A stretch of 64,000 nt of DNA from Xanthobacteraceae bacterium (GCA_035300505.1 DATGVJ010000374.1:1259-65258); one strand, 5' to 3'; positions 19,290 through 28,613 are shown, numbered from the stretch's first letter. Numbers and translations are program-made. Notes: a model not told the origin generated them from the sequence alone.

Positions 19290-20184
19290 CTCGCGACACA
19301 CCACTGGTTTTATCCGCGCGAAAATTGCCGAACAATTGTTCGCGCTCGAGATGGTCGCGTTCCGCGGAGTAGAACGCCGTCAAGAACGCGAAGGTCTCAT
19401 GCGCCGGCACCTCGTCGGTCCAGCCGATTTTTCGGCAAATCTTGGCGCGGACGTCCTGTTGTAATGCGCGTGTCTGTTCGGAATCTGGCCGCCGCAAGAG
19501 TTCTTCCAGCACCTGCAATTCAAAGGCGCCGTAGGCCTCCAGTTGCTTTCGTGAAAATGCATAGCCCATCTTGGTGCCAACAAGGTCGCCCAGAAGCGCG
19601 CGCCGGGGCACCGAAATGACGATCGTGCCGGCGATGAAGTCGCCCGCTCGCATATGATCGCGATTGAACAGGGGCATGGCCGCGATCAGAAGTATCCAGC
19701 CCAGATAAGCGAGCGTCATCCAGGAACCCTGGCCCGAAGTTACAGGCAGCTGGAGCAAAAGACTGAGCGGCAGAAAGACTTCGACTTCGCGCGTCAGATT
19801 TCGGGCCACAATTGCACCCGCGGTCAACGGCCCGCCAAAGCGATCCATGACTCGCAATCCGACGATACGCTTTCCGGGAGTCGAGCCCCTGGCCGTGAGT
19901 TCGAAGTGAATGAAATAAAGATTGCGCAACAGGAAGGTCAGAAACAGAATGATGGTGACGGACACCGCACCATTGACCTTCTGGATCAGCAAAAGCCCCA
20001 GGCCCAAGAACAACAGAATGGTCGCCAACATCCAAAACAAGAAATCCAGCGCAAAGGCCGTCAACCGTTCGCCGTGATTGGCGATGTCGACTTCAAGGTT
20101 GACGCCCTCCGGCGTGGTGATCTCGCGCTTGTTGCGCTTGACCCCTTCCAAAAACTTGTTGACGCGGTCAAGACGGGAGACCAT
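19282..20184 (-). CDS. RDD-family membrane protein
   Basis: N-terminal RDD-like region (ERLTAFALDFLFWM .. GKRIVGLRVMDRFGG) with TM helices. Last gene of the MoxR-containing overlapping gene chain. Confidence 0.65.
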   Translation of the reverse strand: MVSRLDRVNKFLEGVKRNKREITTPEGVNLEVDIANHGERLTAFALDFLFWMLATILLFLGLGLLLIQKVNGAVSVTIILFLTFLLRNLYFIHFELTARGSTPGKRIVGLRVMDRFGGPLTAGAIVARNLTREVEVFLPLSLLLQLPVTSGQGSWMTLAYLGWILLIAAMPLFNRDHMRAGDFIAGTIVISVPRRALLGDLVGTKMGYAFSRKQLEAYGAFELQVLEELLRRPDSEQTRALQQDVRAKICRKIGWTDEVPAHETFAFLTAFYSAERDHLEREQLFGNFRADKTSGVSRET

Positions 20185-21226
20185 CGGCTTTCTCCTCGCG
20201 ACCAGACATGAAATACCACAGCCATAGGGCCCCGGTCAGCGTCCCGATCGCAAACCGCGCCGCGGTCATGTCGACGAGCTGACGAAGGCCGCCCTCTATA
20301 AGCCCTGCGACGAACAGCATCAGCACCGCGCCACCGGCGAGGTAGGCCGCGACTTTGCCATTGAGGGCAAGATTTTCGATGCGCGTATATTCGTTTGGGA
20401 ACAGTATTTTCTCTGCGATCACAAGTCCACCGGCGCCGCAAAGCACGATCGCGCCAATTTCGGTGACCCCATGAATGGTCACCCATCCGAAAAAATCGAC
20501 AAGTAATCCGCGACTGTCGTGCAGGGCCGCGAAGGCTCCCAAAGTCAGGCCCTGGTAAGCCAGAAGCACAAGGGTCGGAACGCCACCCGCGATGCCCAGC
20601 CCAAAGGTCATGATGCCGATGGTGGCGTTATGGCGGAACAGAAAATTGGCGAATACGACGAATGCCTCCGTGAAGCCCGGCCATGGCGCAAAAATTTCAT
20701 GGTCGCGGAGATCGGCGGCGGTGCTCGCCATGCTACGGCCGCCGCTCAAGGCTTGCGGCACGAGCGCGGAAAACCATTCTTCATTGGACTTGACCAGGGC
20801 GAAACCCGCGATGCATCCCGCCAAAATTGCCAGAAAGGAAACCAGAATATGCCACCGGCAGGAACGCACAGCCCGCGGAAAGCCTGTGCGGAGAAACCAC
20901 CCCAGACACTCCACAATCCCAACCCCCGGCCCGTAAGCAACGAAGTAGGCGCGGAGCGCCAGATTTTCCAGATACAGGATCAGATTGCGATCGAGTGCGA
21001 TGGCGCGCGCCACGGACAGGGACGAAGCCACCGTGCGGTAAAGTAATGGCAGACTCTGCAGGTCGTCGGCCGAGAGTTTTGATTGCCCGCGCCTTTCGAC
21101 CTGCTCGATGATGGTTTCGAGCTTGCGCCAGGCCTCTTCGCGCCCTTTTCGGAATTCGCTGCTGCGCAACGTGATCATGTGCCGCGGCGCGTCGATTTGA
21201 GCCGATCCGGGGTCGAGATCATTCAT
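20168..21226 (-). CDS. SpoIIM/DUF95-like integral membrane protein
   Basis: Real start is [10 protein letters not shown] at ATG 21226, forming ATGA with the DUF58 stop. Soluble N-terminal helix region, then about 6 TM helices. The track's 578-aa version is an upstream extension inside the DUF58 gene. Confidence 0.6.
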   Translation of the reverse strand: MNDLDPGSAQIDAPRHMITLRSSEFRKGREEAWRKLETIIEQVERRGQSKLSADDLQSLPLLYRTVASSLSVARAIALDRNLILYLENLALRAYFVAYGPGVGIVECLGWFLRTGFPRAVRSCRWHILVSFLAILAGCIAGFALVKSNEEWFSALVPQALSGGRSMASTAADLRDHEIFAPWPGFTEAFVVFANFLFRHNATIGIMTFGLGIAGGVPTLVLLAYQGLTLGAFAALHDSRGLLVDFFGWVTIHGVTEIGAIVLCGAGGLVIAEKILFPNEYTRIENLALNGKVAAYLAGGAVLMLFVAGLIEGGLRQLVDMTAARFAIGTLTGALWLWYFMSGREEKADGLPS

Positions 21227-22551
21227 ATCAAGCCCCTCTCCTTGATCATCATGTACCGGTTTATGAGCGAGATCGCCAAACCATCGACCGGCACATCCAG
21301 GCAATGTACGCCCATGCGTTCGAGCCGTTCCAATACAATCGCCCGATCGCGCATGAGGTCGTGAGTGACGACGGATTCCGCCACCGCGCGAAAATCGGAG
21401 GGCTCCGCATCGACGATCCCGGCCAGCGTCGGATCGCGCAGCGTCACGAAGATAACGGCATGGCGATTGGCGGTCCGCTGCATACTTTCGAGCAAAAGTT
21501 CTGCGGTCGTCGTGTCGATGAATTCGGTAAACAGCACGACCAGCACGCGGCGCTTGAGGCGCGCGTTGAGTTCGGCGAGACCCAAAGTGAAATTTGTTTC
21601 CTCGGCACGATATGAAAGACGCGCAGTGCCGTGCTGCAACTGCGTGAACCAGGGAAGCCCTCGAACCGGCGGAATGTATTGGCGCACGCGCGCGTCGAAG
21701 CCGAAGATGCCGACGTGATCGCCATTGCGCAAGGAAATCCAGGCCAGCAGCAATCCCGATTTGATGGCGTGATCGAGCCGCGATATCGCGCCGATCGGTT
21801 CGAGCATCAGATGACCGGTATCGAAGGCGAGGATGATCTGGTGATTGCGTTCGATCCGGAATTCCTTGGACAAAAGTTTGCGATGTTTGGCCGAGCGTTT
21901 CCAATCGATAAATCGGTTGTCGAGACCAGCAGCGTGATCGCGCAAGGCCTCGAATTCCGACCCGTCGCCTTTTTGCTGCTGGACCTTGACGCCGCCGATC
22001 GCGTCGCGACTGAAAAATTGCAGCGCGGCGCCGTGAATGCCCCGGATATCCGGAAGAACATCGATTTTCTGCGCAACAGGATGGCGGATCACCCGTTCGG
22101 CAAGCCCCAGCGGACCGCGCCAGCGCAGCCAGACGGCCGCGACATCGACGACGCCCCGGCGGCGCGCGTGGATCGTCAATGCCGCCGTTGCGCGGCCGTC
22201 TGCGCCCGCACGCGCCGCGACAGCATGTGGCCGGTCCGCCTCGCCGGTTTGTTCCGCGATCATCGTGAAATCGACCGGCCGGGCCCGCCCCGCCTGGTCC
22301 ACCCGAACCGCGACCTCATCACTGGCACCGACAAACAGGCGGGCCGGCGTTTCAATTGATATGACCAACCGCCGGGCCGGAACCCCCGCCAGAACGTCGA
22401 CGAAAATCGCGGCGATAATCAATAATGCGGGATCGAACGCGAAGGCCCAGGTATTTGCATCGAACGCCAGCGCAATGAACGCGACCGGCAGGCTTGAGGC
22501 GAACAGCAATACGGCACGCCGCGTCGGCCGAAGGGAAGGTTGCGCGGTCAT
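21223..22551 (-). CDS. DUF58 (vWA-like) protein, MoxR partner
   Basis: Two N-terminal TM helices, then [32 protein letters not shown], a typical DUF58 core. ATGA overlap with the moxR stop. Confidence 0.75.
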   Translation of the reverse strand: MTAQPSLRPTRRAVLLFASSLPVAFIALAFDANTWAFAFDPALLIIAAIFVDVLAGVPARRLVISIETPARLFVGASDEVAVRVDQAGRARPVDFTMIAEQTGEADRPHAVAARAGADGRATAALTIHARRRGVVDVAAVWLRWRGPLGLAERVIRHPVAQKIDVLPDIRGIHGAALQFFSRDAIGGVKVQQQKGDGSEFEALRDHAAGLDNRFIDWKRSAKHRKLLSKEFRIERNHQIILAFDTGHLMLEPIGAISRLDHAIKSGLLLAWISLRNGDHVGIFGFDARVRQYIPPVRGLPWFTQLQHGTARLSYRAEETNFTLGLAELNARLKRRVLVVLFTEFIDTTTAELLLESMQRTANRHAVIFVTLRDPTLAGIVDAEPSDFRAVAESVVTHDLMRDRAIVLERLERMGVHCLDVPVDGLAISLINRYMMIKERGLI

Positions 22552-23504
22552 CGCGGCGCGGCCGTCTGGTCGAGGACTTCCCGCAGGACGGTGTCGCTCG
22601 TCAAACCGTCAATTTCAGCATTCGGCGCGAGCACGATGCGATGGCGCAGGAGCGGGATCACGAGCGTCTTGATGTCGTCTGGAATCACGAAATCCCGGCC
22701 CTGCATGGTGGCCTGGGCACGCGCGGCCGATGCCAACATGTTGGCGGCGCGTGTCGAGGCGCCGGTTTGAATCGAGGCATGCTGGCGTGTGGCGCGAATG
22801 AGGTCGACGATATAATCGATGAGCTCATCGCTGAGCCGGATGCGGGACACATAAGTGCGGACGCCCGAGAGTTCCGCACCGGAGACGACGGGGCGCAAGC
22901 CGAAATCGGCAACTTTCGGCATTGTCACCCGCGACCCGTGGCGGGTGACGATTTCGCGCTCTTCGTCGCGGCTCGGATAGGCGATATTGATCTTGAACAA
23001 GAAGCGGTCCAGCTGGGCCTCGGGCAAAGGATACGTTCCCTGTTGCTCGATGGGATTTTGGGTGGCGATCACCATGAAAGTGTCGCCAAGATCGTGGGTC
23101 TTGCCGTCGATTGTGACAGCGCGCTCGTTCATCGCCTGCAACAACGCGGCCTGCGTCTTTGGCGGCGTGCGGTTGATTTCGTCGGCGAGCAGAATGTCGG
23201 TAAATATCGGGCCTTGCGTGAGGGTGAATGTATTGGTCTGGAAATTGAACAGGCTCGTCCCCAAAAGATCGCCGGGCATCATGTCGGGCGTGAACTGAAT
23301 ACGGCCAAATTTCAGGGACAGACCGGCCGCGAACGCTTCCGCGAGCAAGGTCTTCGCCGTGCCCGGCACGCCTTCCAAAAGGATATGGCCGCCGCACAAC
23401 ATGCTCGTGAGCATCAATTCGATCACGCGGTCCTGACCGACGACGGCCTTGCACACTTCTCCGGTAACGCCCTTACAAATTTCGCTTACGTCCTGCAAAT
23501 CCAT
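22548..23504 (-). CDS. MoxR-family AAA+ ATPase
   Basis: Walker [10 protein letters not shown] and Walker [20 protein letters not shown]. The 318-aa size is typical of MoxR. Confidence 0.9.
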   Translation of the reverse strand: MDLQDVSEICKGVTGEVCKAVVGQDRVIELMLTSMLCGGHILLEGVPGTAKTLLAEAFAAGLSLKFGRIQFTPDMMPGDLLGTSLFNFQTNTFTLTQGPIFTDILLADEINRTPPKTQAALLQAMNERAVTIDGKTHDLGDTFMVIATQNPIEQQGTYPLPEAQLDRFLFKINIAYPSRDEEREIVTRHGSRVTMPKVADFGLRPVVSGAELSGVRTYVSRIRLSDELIDYIVDLIRATRQHASIQTGASTRAANMLASAARAQATMQGRDFVIPDDIKTLVIPLLRHRIVLAPNAEIDGLTSDTVLREVLDQTAAPR

Positions 23505-24735
23505 CGACGATCTCCTTTTTCCAAAAATACATTGCGCGAGCCCGCGCGAAGGCGCGCGGCAGATTCTTGGGGCTGTCCTTGGGCTTGCTGTTGACAGCCG
23601 CGCCCAAGAAGTCGCCGACGTGATCGCCGATTTGGGTCTTCAATCCTCGGGATTTGCCGGCCCGGTCCAGCCAGGCAATCAAAGCTACTTCGGAGAGGCC
23701 GCGCGGCGCGCGCAGTGCCCTGGCAGCTTCCTGCACATTGACTTGGCCATAGCGCCGAAGCATCGCGGCGTGGTGCCCGCCGTGATCGATCAAAGCTGCC
23801 GTATTGGCGATCAAGGCCCGCTTGTCGGCAGCGAAAACGGGCTTCGTCCGGGCGGGAGCGCCGAAGCGCCCGATGGTCGCCCACAAAAGGAGGACAACAG
23901 CCGCCAGCGCATGAATGCCGAGGAGGCCGAACGGAAAGGCCGTCAAGAGCGCGAGCGGGCTCGTGCCCGAGCCACGAAAGCCATGAATGGTCTCGTCGAT
24001 GACGATGGGGCCGTCATTGCCGCGCAGTTGATCGATAATGTCGACGGCAAGTGTCGCGTTGTCCGCCGCGCCGATACCATGGTTTTCGATGATATCCGGA
24101 TCGGCCAGAACCCAAATCCTGCGGTTTCCCTCCCTGATCTCACCCAGCAGAATCCCGTCGGGCGACGAGATCAATGCGGTCATTTTGGAATTCCCGATGA
24201 GCTGCACCGGCACTTCCAAGGCCGGGTTTGCGCTGAGAACATTGCGGTCGAATCTGTCTGCGCCGGGCACGCGCACGACAATTCCGTTGGGATCGACGAC
24301 CGACAAAACGGATTGCACCCTGGAGATGGGCAATGGCGCAGCGTCGCCGATCCAGGTGCGTTTTTGTAGGCTGGGTACCGCGCCCCATTTCGGCAGGATC
24401 AGCAGAATCCTTCTGGCCGTGAACAGCTTATTGCGGCCTTCGTCGCTGGCCAGACTGCTGATTGGCTCCGCCAGCACCAGGACCCCGTTGGCTCCAAGCT
24501 TGCCGAGCGGCTCGAACTGGCTGCGAAGCACGGGCCGGCCGACGGTCCGCAATACTTCAAAGAATCCCGCATGCCCGATCGCCGATAGCGAATAGGAGTT
24601 GGCGCCGACCGAATCCCCGGCTTCGGCGCCACCATCGCGTCCGGTCGTCAGCAGCAGGGAAGCCGCAAACGCCATCGTCATGGCGGCGACCAGACTGATC
24701 AGAACGCGCCGGGAAAAAAGCGATGATTCGTTCAT
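23473..24735 (-). CDS. DUF4350-like membrane-anchored protein
   Basis: Start is [19 protein letters not shown] at ATG 24735 (ATGA with the upstream stop), with an N-terminal and a late TM helix. Family assignment rests on the usual DUF4129-DUF4350-MoxR-DUF58 gene order. Confidence 0.5.
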   Translation of the reverse strand: MNESSLFSRRVLISLVAAMTMAFAASLLLTTGRDGGAEAGDSVGANSYSLSAIGHAGFFEVLRTVGRPVLRSQFEPLGKLGANGVLVLAEPISSLASDEGRNKLFTARRILLILPKWGAVPSLQKRTWIGDAAPLPISRVQSVLSVVDPNGIVVRVPGADRFDRNVLSANPALEVPVQLIGNSKMTALISSPDGILLGEIREGNRRIWVLADPDIIENHGIGAADNATLAVDIIDQLRGNDGPIVIDETIHGFRGSGTSPLALLTAFPFGLLGIHALAAVVLLLWATIGRFGAPARTKPVFAADKRALIANTAALIDHGGHHAAMLRRYGQVNVQEAARALRAPRGLSEVALIAWLDRAGKSRGLKTQIGDHVGDFLGAAVNSKPKDSPKNLPRAFARARAMYFWKKEIVDGFAGRKRNL

Positions 24736-25445
24736 GCAGGAAGTCCCGCATCGAGATCGGTCTTGAGCGCTTCGAATTGATCGCGGCACAAAAGATAGTC
24801 ACGCAAATCTGCGGCCTGTTCGCCGAAATGGGTTCGTTCAACCTCGCGGACGATGGTGGCGAACGCGGCTCGGCCGGCGTCGGACAACTGGATCCGATGC
24901 AGGATTTCCCGGCTTGTCAGGGAGTCCGCGAAACTGATGTCCAGCCGTTTGCGAAGTTCCGTCAGGCATTGCAGCAGCAATACGTGCATGGCGTCCACGA
25001 ATCGGCCGAGTTTCGCGAGATCATCGGCGGCCAGCCGCGCTTCGTCCATCGCATCTGCGTTTGCCTCAGCCATGCGCTCGTCGTCCGCCGCCGACAGTTT
25101 CCGGGACCTGTCAAACATCGGCAGGCTGTCTCGCAGCGAATAGATGACGACCGCCGCACCCAGGATCACCGAAGCCCAAAGCAAAATGCGCAAGATGTCA
25201 GGATCAATCCGGAACCAGGGCTCGGCTGGCGGGGTGCCAACCGGCATCCGATCCTGCAAGTCATGTTTGCGAATTGCCGCCCGCGCGGCCTCCCCTGGGC
25301 TGGCAACCGGCATCCGATCCTGCAGGTCATGCTTGCGAAGTGCCGCCCGCGCGGCCTCGCCCGGGCTGGGCGCGGCGGAAAGCGGCCACGAACTCAGGTG
25401 CAGAACGATTCCGGCCATGACGACAATTGGCAGGCGCATCTTCAA
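24732..25445 (-). CDS. DUF4129-like protein with signal/anchor
   Basis: Signal peptide, a duplicated 22-aa segment, a TM helix, and a C-terminal helical domain (..HVLLLQCLTELRKRLDISFADSLTSREIL..). First gene of the chain. Confidence 0.5.
   Translation of the reverse strand: MKMRLPIVVMAGIVLHLSSWPLSAAPSPGEAARAALRKHDLQDRMPVASPGEAARAAIRKHDLQDRMPVGTPPAEPWFRIDPDILRILLWASVILGAAVVIYSLRDSLPMFDRSRKLSAADDERMAEANADAMDEARLAADDLAKLGRFVDAMHVLLLQCLTELRKRLDISFADSLTSREILHRIQLSDAGRAAFATIVREVERTHFGEQAADLRDYLLCRDQFEALKTDLDAGLPA
25238..25369. repeat. 2 x 66-nt in-frame tandem repeat inside the DUF4129-like gene
   Basis: CAACCGGCATCCGATCCTGCA[AG]GTCATG[TC]TTGCGAA[TG]TGCCGCCCGCGCGGCCTC.CC.GGGCTGG occurs twice. It encodes SPGEAARAA[LI]RKHDLQDRMPV[AG]. 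Confidence 0.85.
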
Positions 25446-25605
25446 TAGCTCTTTCTAAACAGGCCCCGAACCATAACTATCCGTTCGTTCGACGGGCCGA
25501 TAGGCCACCAACACGATTGGAACTGCCCCCGGAATCATGGCCCCGCCCACGATACCAAATTTCGTAAATACGCCGGTTAACCCGCCACCGAAGCCGCAAA
25601 TATGG

Positions 25606-25639
25606 GCCCTTCCCTTCCGCACCGTCCGGGCGTAACTTT
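25606..25639 (+). promoter_or_regulatory. conserved promoter-like box (copy 1 of 4) upstream of the cytochrome c gene
   Basis: GCCCTTCCCTTCCGCACCGTCCGGGCGTAACTTT. Related boxes occur at 37644-37676, 40091-40125 and 42307-42340. Confidence 0.35.
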
Positions 25640-25706
25640 ACCCCAGACCGTTTACCAACGGGCCACTTCGTTACCAAACTCAAAATCAAAATCGGGAGGC
25701 CACCTC

Positions 25707-26342
25707 ATGCAGCGTCATCTAGTTCCTGCACTCCTAGCCAGCGCAGTTTGTGTCGTGTCGTCCGGCGCATTCGCCCAACAACTCACCGAGCAGCAGACAA
25801 CAGGCCGGCAAGTCTTCGCGCAGTCATGTGGCGTTTGCCACCTGCCGCCCGTGATGAATGCCCGGACCTATGGACCGGCTCTGTCGAAACAGACGGCTGC
25901 CGGCAATGCCGATATTCTCCGCGCCATCATCGGCGAAGGCGGACCGCGCATGCCCGCATTCAAGCACTATCTCGAACGACCGCAGATGGACGCCATCATC
26001 GCCTATCTGTCGACGGTCAATCCCCCGACGCCTCCGGCCCCTGCTGCCACTCCGGCGGCTGCCGCGGCTCCGGCCGCCGCCGCGCGCTTGACCGAGCAGC
26101 AGACCACAGGCCGGCAGGTTTTCGCGCAGTCATGTGGCGTCTGCCATCTCCCGCCCGTGATGGGTGCGCGGACCTATGGTCCTGGCCTGTCGAAGGAGAC
26201 GGCCGCCGGCAATGGCGAGATCATCCGCGCCATCATCAGCGAAGGCGGCCCGCGCATGCCGGCCTTCAAGCACTATCTTGAGCGGACGCAGATGGACGCC
26301 ATCGTTGCCTATCTGTCGACCGTCACGCCTGCAGGTCGCTAA
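25707..26342 (+). CDS. periplasmic dihaem cytochrome c (internal duplication)
   Basis: GGGAGG precedes ATG 25707. Signal peptide ..SGAFAQQ. Two modules each carry QSCGVCHLPPVM (CxxCH) and PRMPAFKHYL (axial Met region), joined by a PPTPPAPAATPAAAAAPAAAA linker. Confidence 0.88.
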   Translation: MQRHLVPALLASAVCVVSSGAFAQQLTEQQTTGRQVFAQSCGVCHLPPVMNARTYGPALSKQTAAGNADILRAIIGEGGPRMPAFKHYLERPQMDAIIAYLSTVNPPTPPAPAATPAAAAAPAAAARLTEQQTTGRQVFAQSCGVCHLPPVMGARTYGPGLSKETAAGNGEIIRAIISEGGPRMPAFKHYLERTQMDAIVAYLSTVTPAGR

Positions 26343-26344
26343 TC

Positions 26345-27201
26345 GGTTTCTGGTTTGACGTCGATCGGGGCCGCCGCAGCCTCGGCAAGGTCGACCCGAA
26401 GACCGAGAAGATCACGGTCTACCAGACGCCGCAAAACATGTCGCCGCTCGGCGGTGCCGTGACGCTCGACGTTGACGGCAAGGGCAAGATCTGGGCATCG
26501 GCCCCGGATGGCGCCGTGCGCTTCGATCCGGAGACCGAACGCTTCACCGACTTCAAGTCCGTCAACAACAAGACCGCGAAAGGCACAGGAATGACCTAAG
26601 GGGCTGCCGGCGACCGCGACGGCAACGGCTGGTGGACCCAGATGGTATTCGACATCGTCGGCAAGGGCGAACCGGCAAGACGCTCGAAGTGCAATTGACG
26701 ATCGTCAAGTCGGAGCTCGATCGCGTCACGCCGCAAGCGCGCGCTCTATGACAAGTTCGACGATCTTTCCTTCGGCAACAATCTGCCGTGGAGCCAGGGA
26801 CCGCGCCGCATGGACACCGATAAGAAGGCCGACGTCTCTGGACCGGCAATTCCTGGGGCGGCACGCTGACCCGCATCAACACCAAGACGCTCGAAGCCAC
26901 GATCGTGCCGCTGCCTGATCCGACATCGATGCAGCCCTACCACATTGTGGTCGACGACAATCACAATGTCTGGGGCAGCCTCTGGACCAACGACCAGATT
27001 CTCAAGTACGACCCGGCGGCCCAAAAGTGGACGACATTCGAACTGCCGGTGCGCGGCACCGAAATCCACCACATCTCGTTCGATGAGCGCAACGGCACCA
27101 CCAAGGTCTTCATGCCGGTCTATCGCACCAACCAGATGGGCGTGATGACGCTGCGCAGCGAAGCCGACATCGCGGCCGTTAGGGCGCAAGCCACGAAATA
27201 G
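26345..27201 (+). pseudogene. 5'-truncated, disrupted fourth copy of the haem-propeller gene family
   Basis: The DNA aligns by eye with about the last 850 nt of 37929-39785 and 40346-42205. There is an in-frame TAA at 26597-26599 plus indels. Only the last 98 codons (26905-27201, ..NVWGSLWTNDQILKYDPAAQKWTTFELPVRGTE..) are open. Confidence 0.75.
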
Positions 27202-27341
27202 GCGATCGGCGCCGCCGAAGCGGCGCCGCCGTCATTGACACAATTGCATCGGCCTGTGGCTCCAGGAGTCACAGACCGGTTGCTTTTTGAGAACTTGTCA
27301 TTCGTCCCAGGAATCACACAAGATTCTCGGATTCAAGAAAT

Positions 27342-27411
27342 CCGAAGTCGGGCTTGCCCGACTTCGGTCACTTATTAGCTCGGCGGAAGTCGGATATATC
27401 CGACTTCCGCC
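27342..27411. repeat. double-hairpin REP (CCGAAGTCGGGCTTGCCCGACTTCGG and GGCGGAAGTCGGATATATCCGACTTCCGCC)
   Basis: Two perfect palindromes were seen directly. The second lies inside the last codons of the GT87-like gene. Confidence 0.7.
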
Positions 27412-28613
27412 GGGGAGAGGGAACAGATCGAGCGTGCCTCATTCAGGGCCCGCCGCAATATCAGCGTGTACAAGACCAATACTGCGATGAGACCGACGGG
27501 CAGGCTGGTCGCGCCCGCAATGCCGCGCGCCAACAGAGGAGATGCCCAAGCGAGTGCCAGTCCGCTGATTTCGTAACTTTGAAATCCATGGTTCAGGCCA
27601 TGCCGGACAAAAAACACGATGGCGACGCCGAGTACTGCGAAGTCATAGTCGAGCACATAGGGCGGGGTGAGAAGACAGCTGCAGGCAAAGGCTGCTGCCT
27701 TGAGATCATCGGCTGCACGTGAGCGCCAGAGCCAAGCCAAGCCCGCCGCAACGGCGACCAGGAGAGCGCCGTGCAGCACGTAAGCCGTCTCAACGCCGGC
27801 GCCCAACATGCGGGCGGCCGCGAAGATGCTTTGCATCTTGTGCCAGCCCGGACCGCCGCCTTCGAGCACGATAAATCGCGTGATCGCCAACGCGTCAATG
27901 AACGTGCGCCACACTTCCGGACCGAACAACAACAACGTCAGCGCGCACGTGGCGCATAGCGTCGCAGTCGCCGCCGCGATGACTGTCCAACGCCCAGTCA
28001 GCAGCAGGACGAGCGGATATAGGATTCCGAGTTGCGGCTTGTAGGCGAGAAGACCAATGAGCGCGCCGGCCACGATCGGTCGACGGTCGAGTAGAACAAG
28101 GCTGCCTCCGATGAGCGCCGCCGACAGGAATCCATTCTGCCCGTGGCCAAGATTGACGAAGACGGCCGGGAAGGCGAGCCCGACTAACATTGTCTCAGGC
28201 CGCGGAAGAACGGCGCGCATCATTGCAAGAAAAGCCGACAACGTGAGCGCCATCCAGATCGCCAGCGACCATGCATAGGGAATGAGTGCGAGGCCAGCCG
28301 CAATAACGAGAAAGAGCGGTGGATAGTGCCAGCCGTAGTGCGGCACGTCGCGACCGCCGAACACATCCCTTTCAGCGACGTGCTGGCGTGCAAGGTCATA
28401 GGGTGCTGACGGCTCCCCAGCCAGCACCAATTTTCCCGCCGCCCAGACATTCGTGAAGTCGGTCCCGATCGGATTTCCAAAGCGGTCGATCATCCCGTCG
28501 GCAAGCGCGATCCAGACAATAGCGATGATGAGCGGCATGCCGATCATCATGCCGGTATAGACGTAAAGGCGCTCCCGTGTGAGCCAGGAGCCTGATTGGA
28601 TTGCCTGCCACAT
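27375..28613 (-). CDS. GT87/DUF2029-like polytopic membrane glycosyltransferase
   Basis: More than 9 TM helices. N-terminal region NPIGTDFTNVWAAGKLVLAGEPSAPYD .. HYGWHYPPLFL .. LLAYKPQLG recalls DUF2029 mannosyltransferase-like proteins. Start is uncertain (28613 or 28700). Confidence 0.6.
   Translation of the reverse strand: MWQAIQSGSWLTRERLYVYTGMMIGMPLIIAIVWIALADGMIDRFGNPIGTDFTNVWAAGKLVLAGEPSAPYDLARQHVAERDVFGGRDVPHYGWHYPPLFLVIAAGLALIPYAWSLAIWMALTLSAFLAMMRAVLPRPETMLVGLAFPAVFVNLGHGQNGFLSAALIGGSLVLLDRRPIVAGALIGLLAYKPQLGILYPLVLLLTGRWTVIAAATATLCATCALTLLLFGPEVWRTFIDALAITRFIVLEGGGPGWHKMQSIFAAARMLGAGVETAYVLHGALLVAVAAGLAWLWRSRAADDLKAAAFACSCLLTPPYVLDYDFAVLGVAIVFFVRHGLNHGFQSYEISGLALAWASPLLARGIAGATSLPVGLIAVLVLYTLILRRALNEARSICSLSPAEVGYIRLPPS

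Noticed and set aside
21227-21904. N-terminal 226 codons of track ORF 20168..21904.
   Set aside because: It lies entirely inside the DUF58 gene in another frame. The ATGA junction at 21223-21226 with MNDLDPGS gives a coupled, non-overlapping start.
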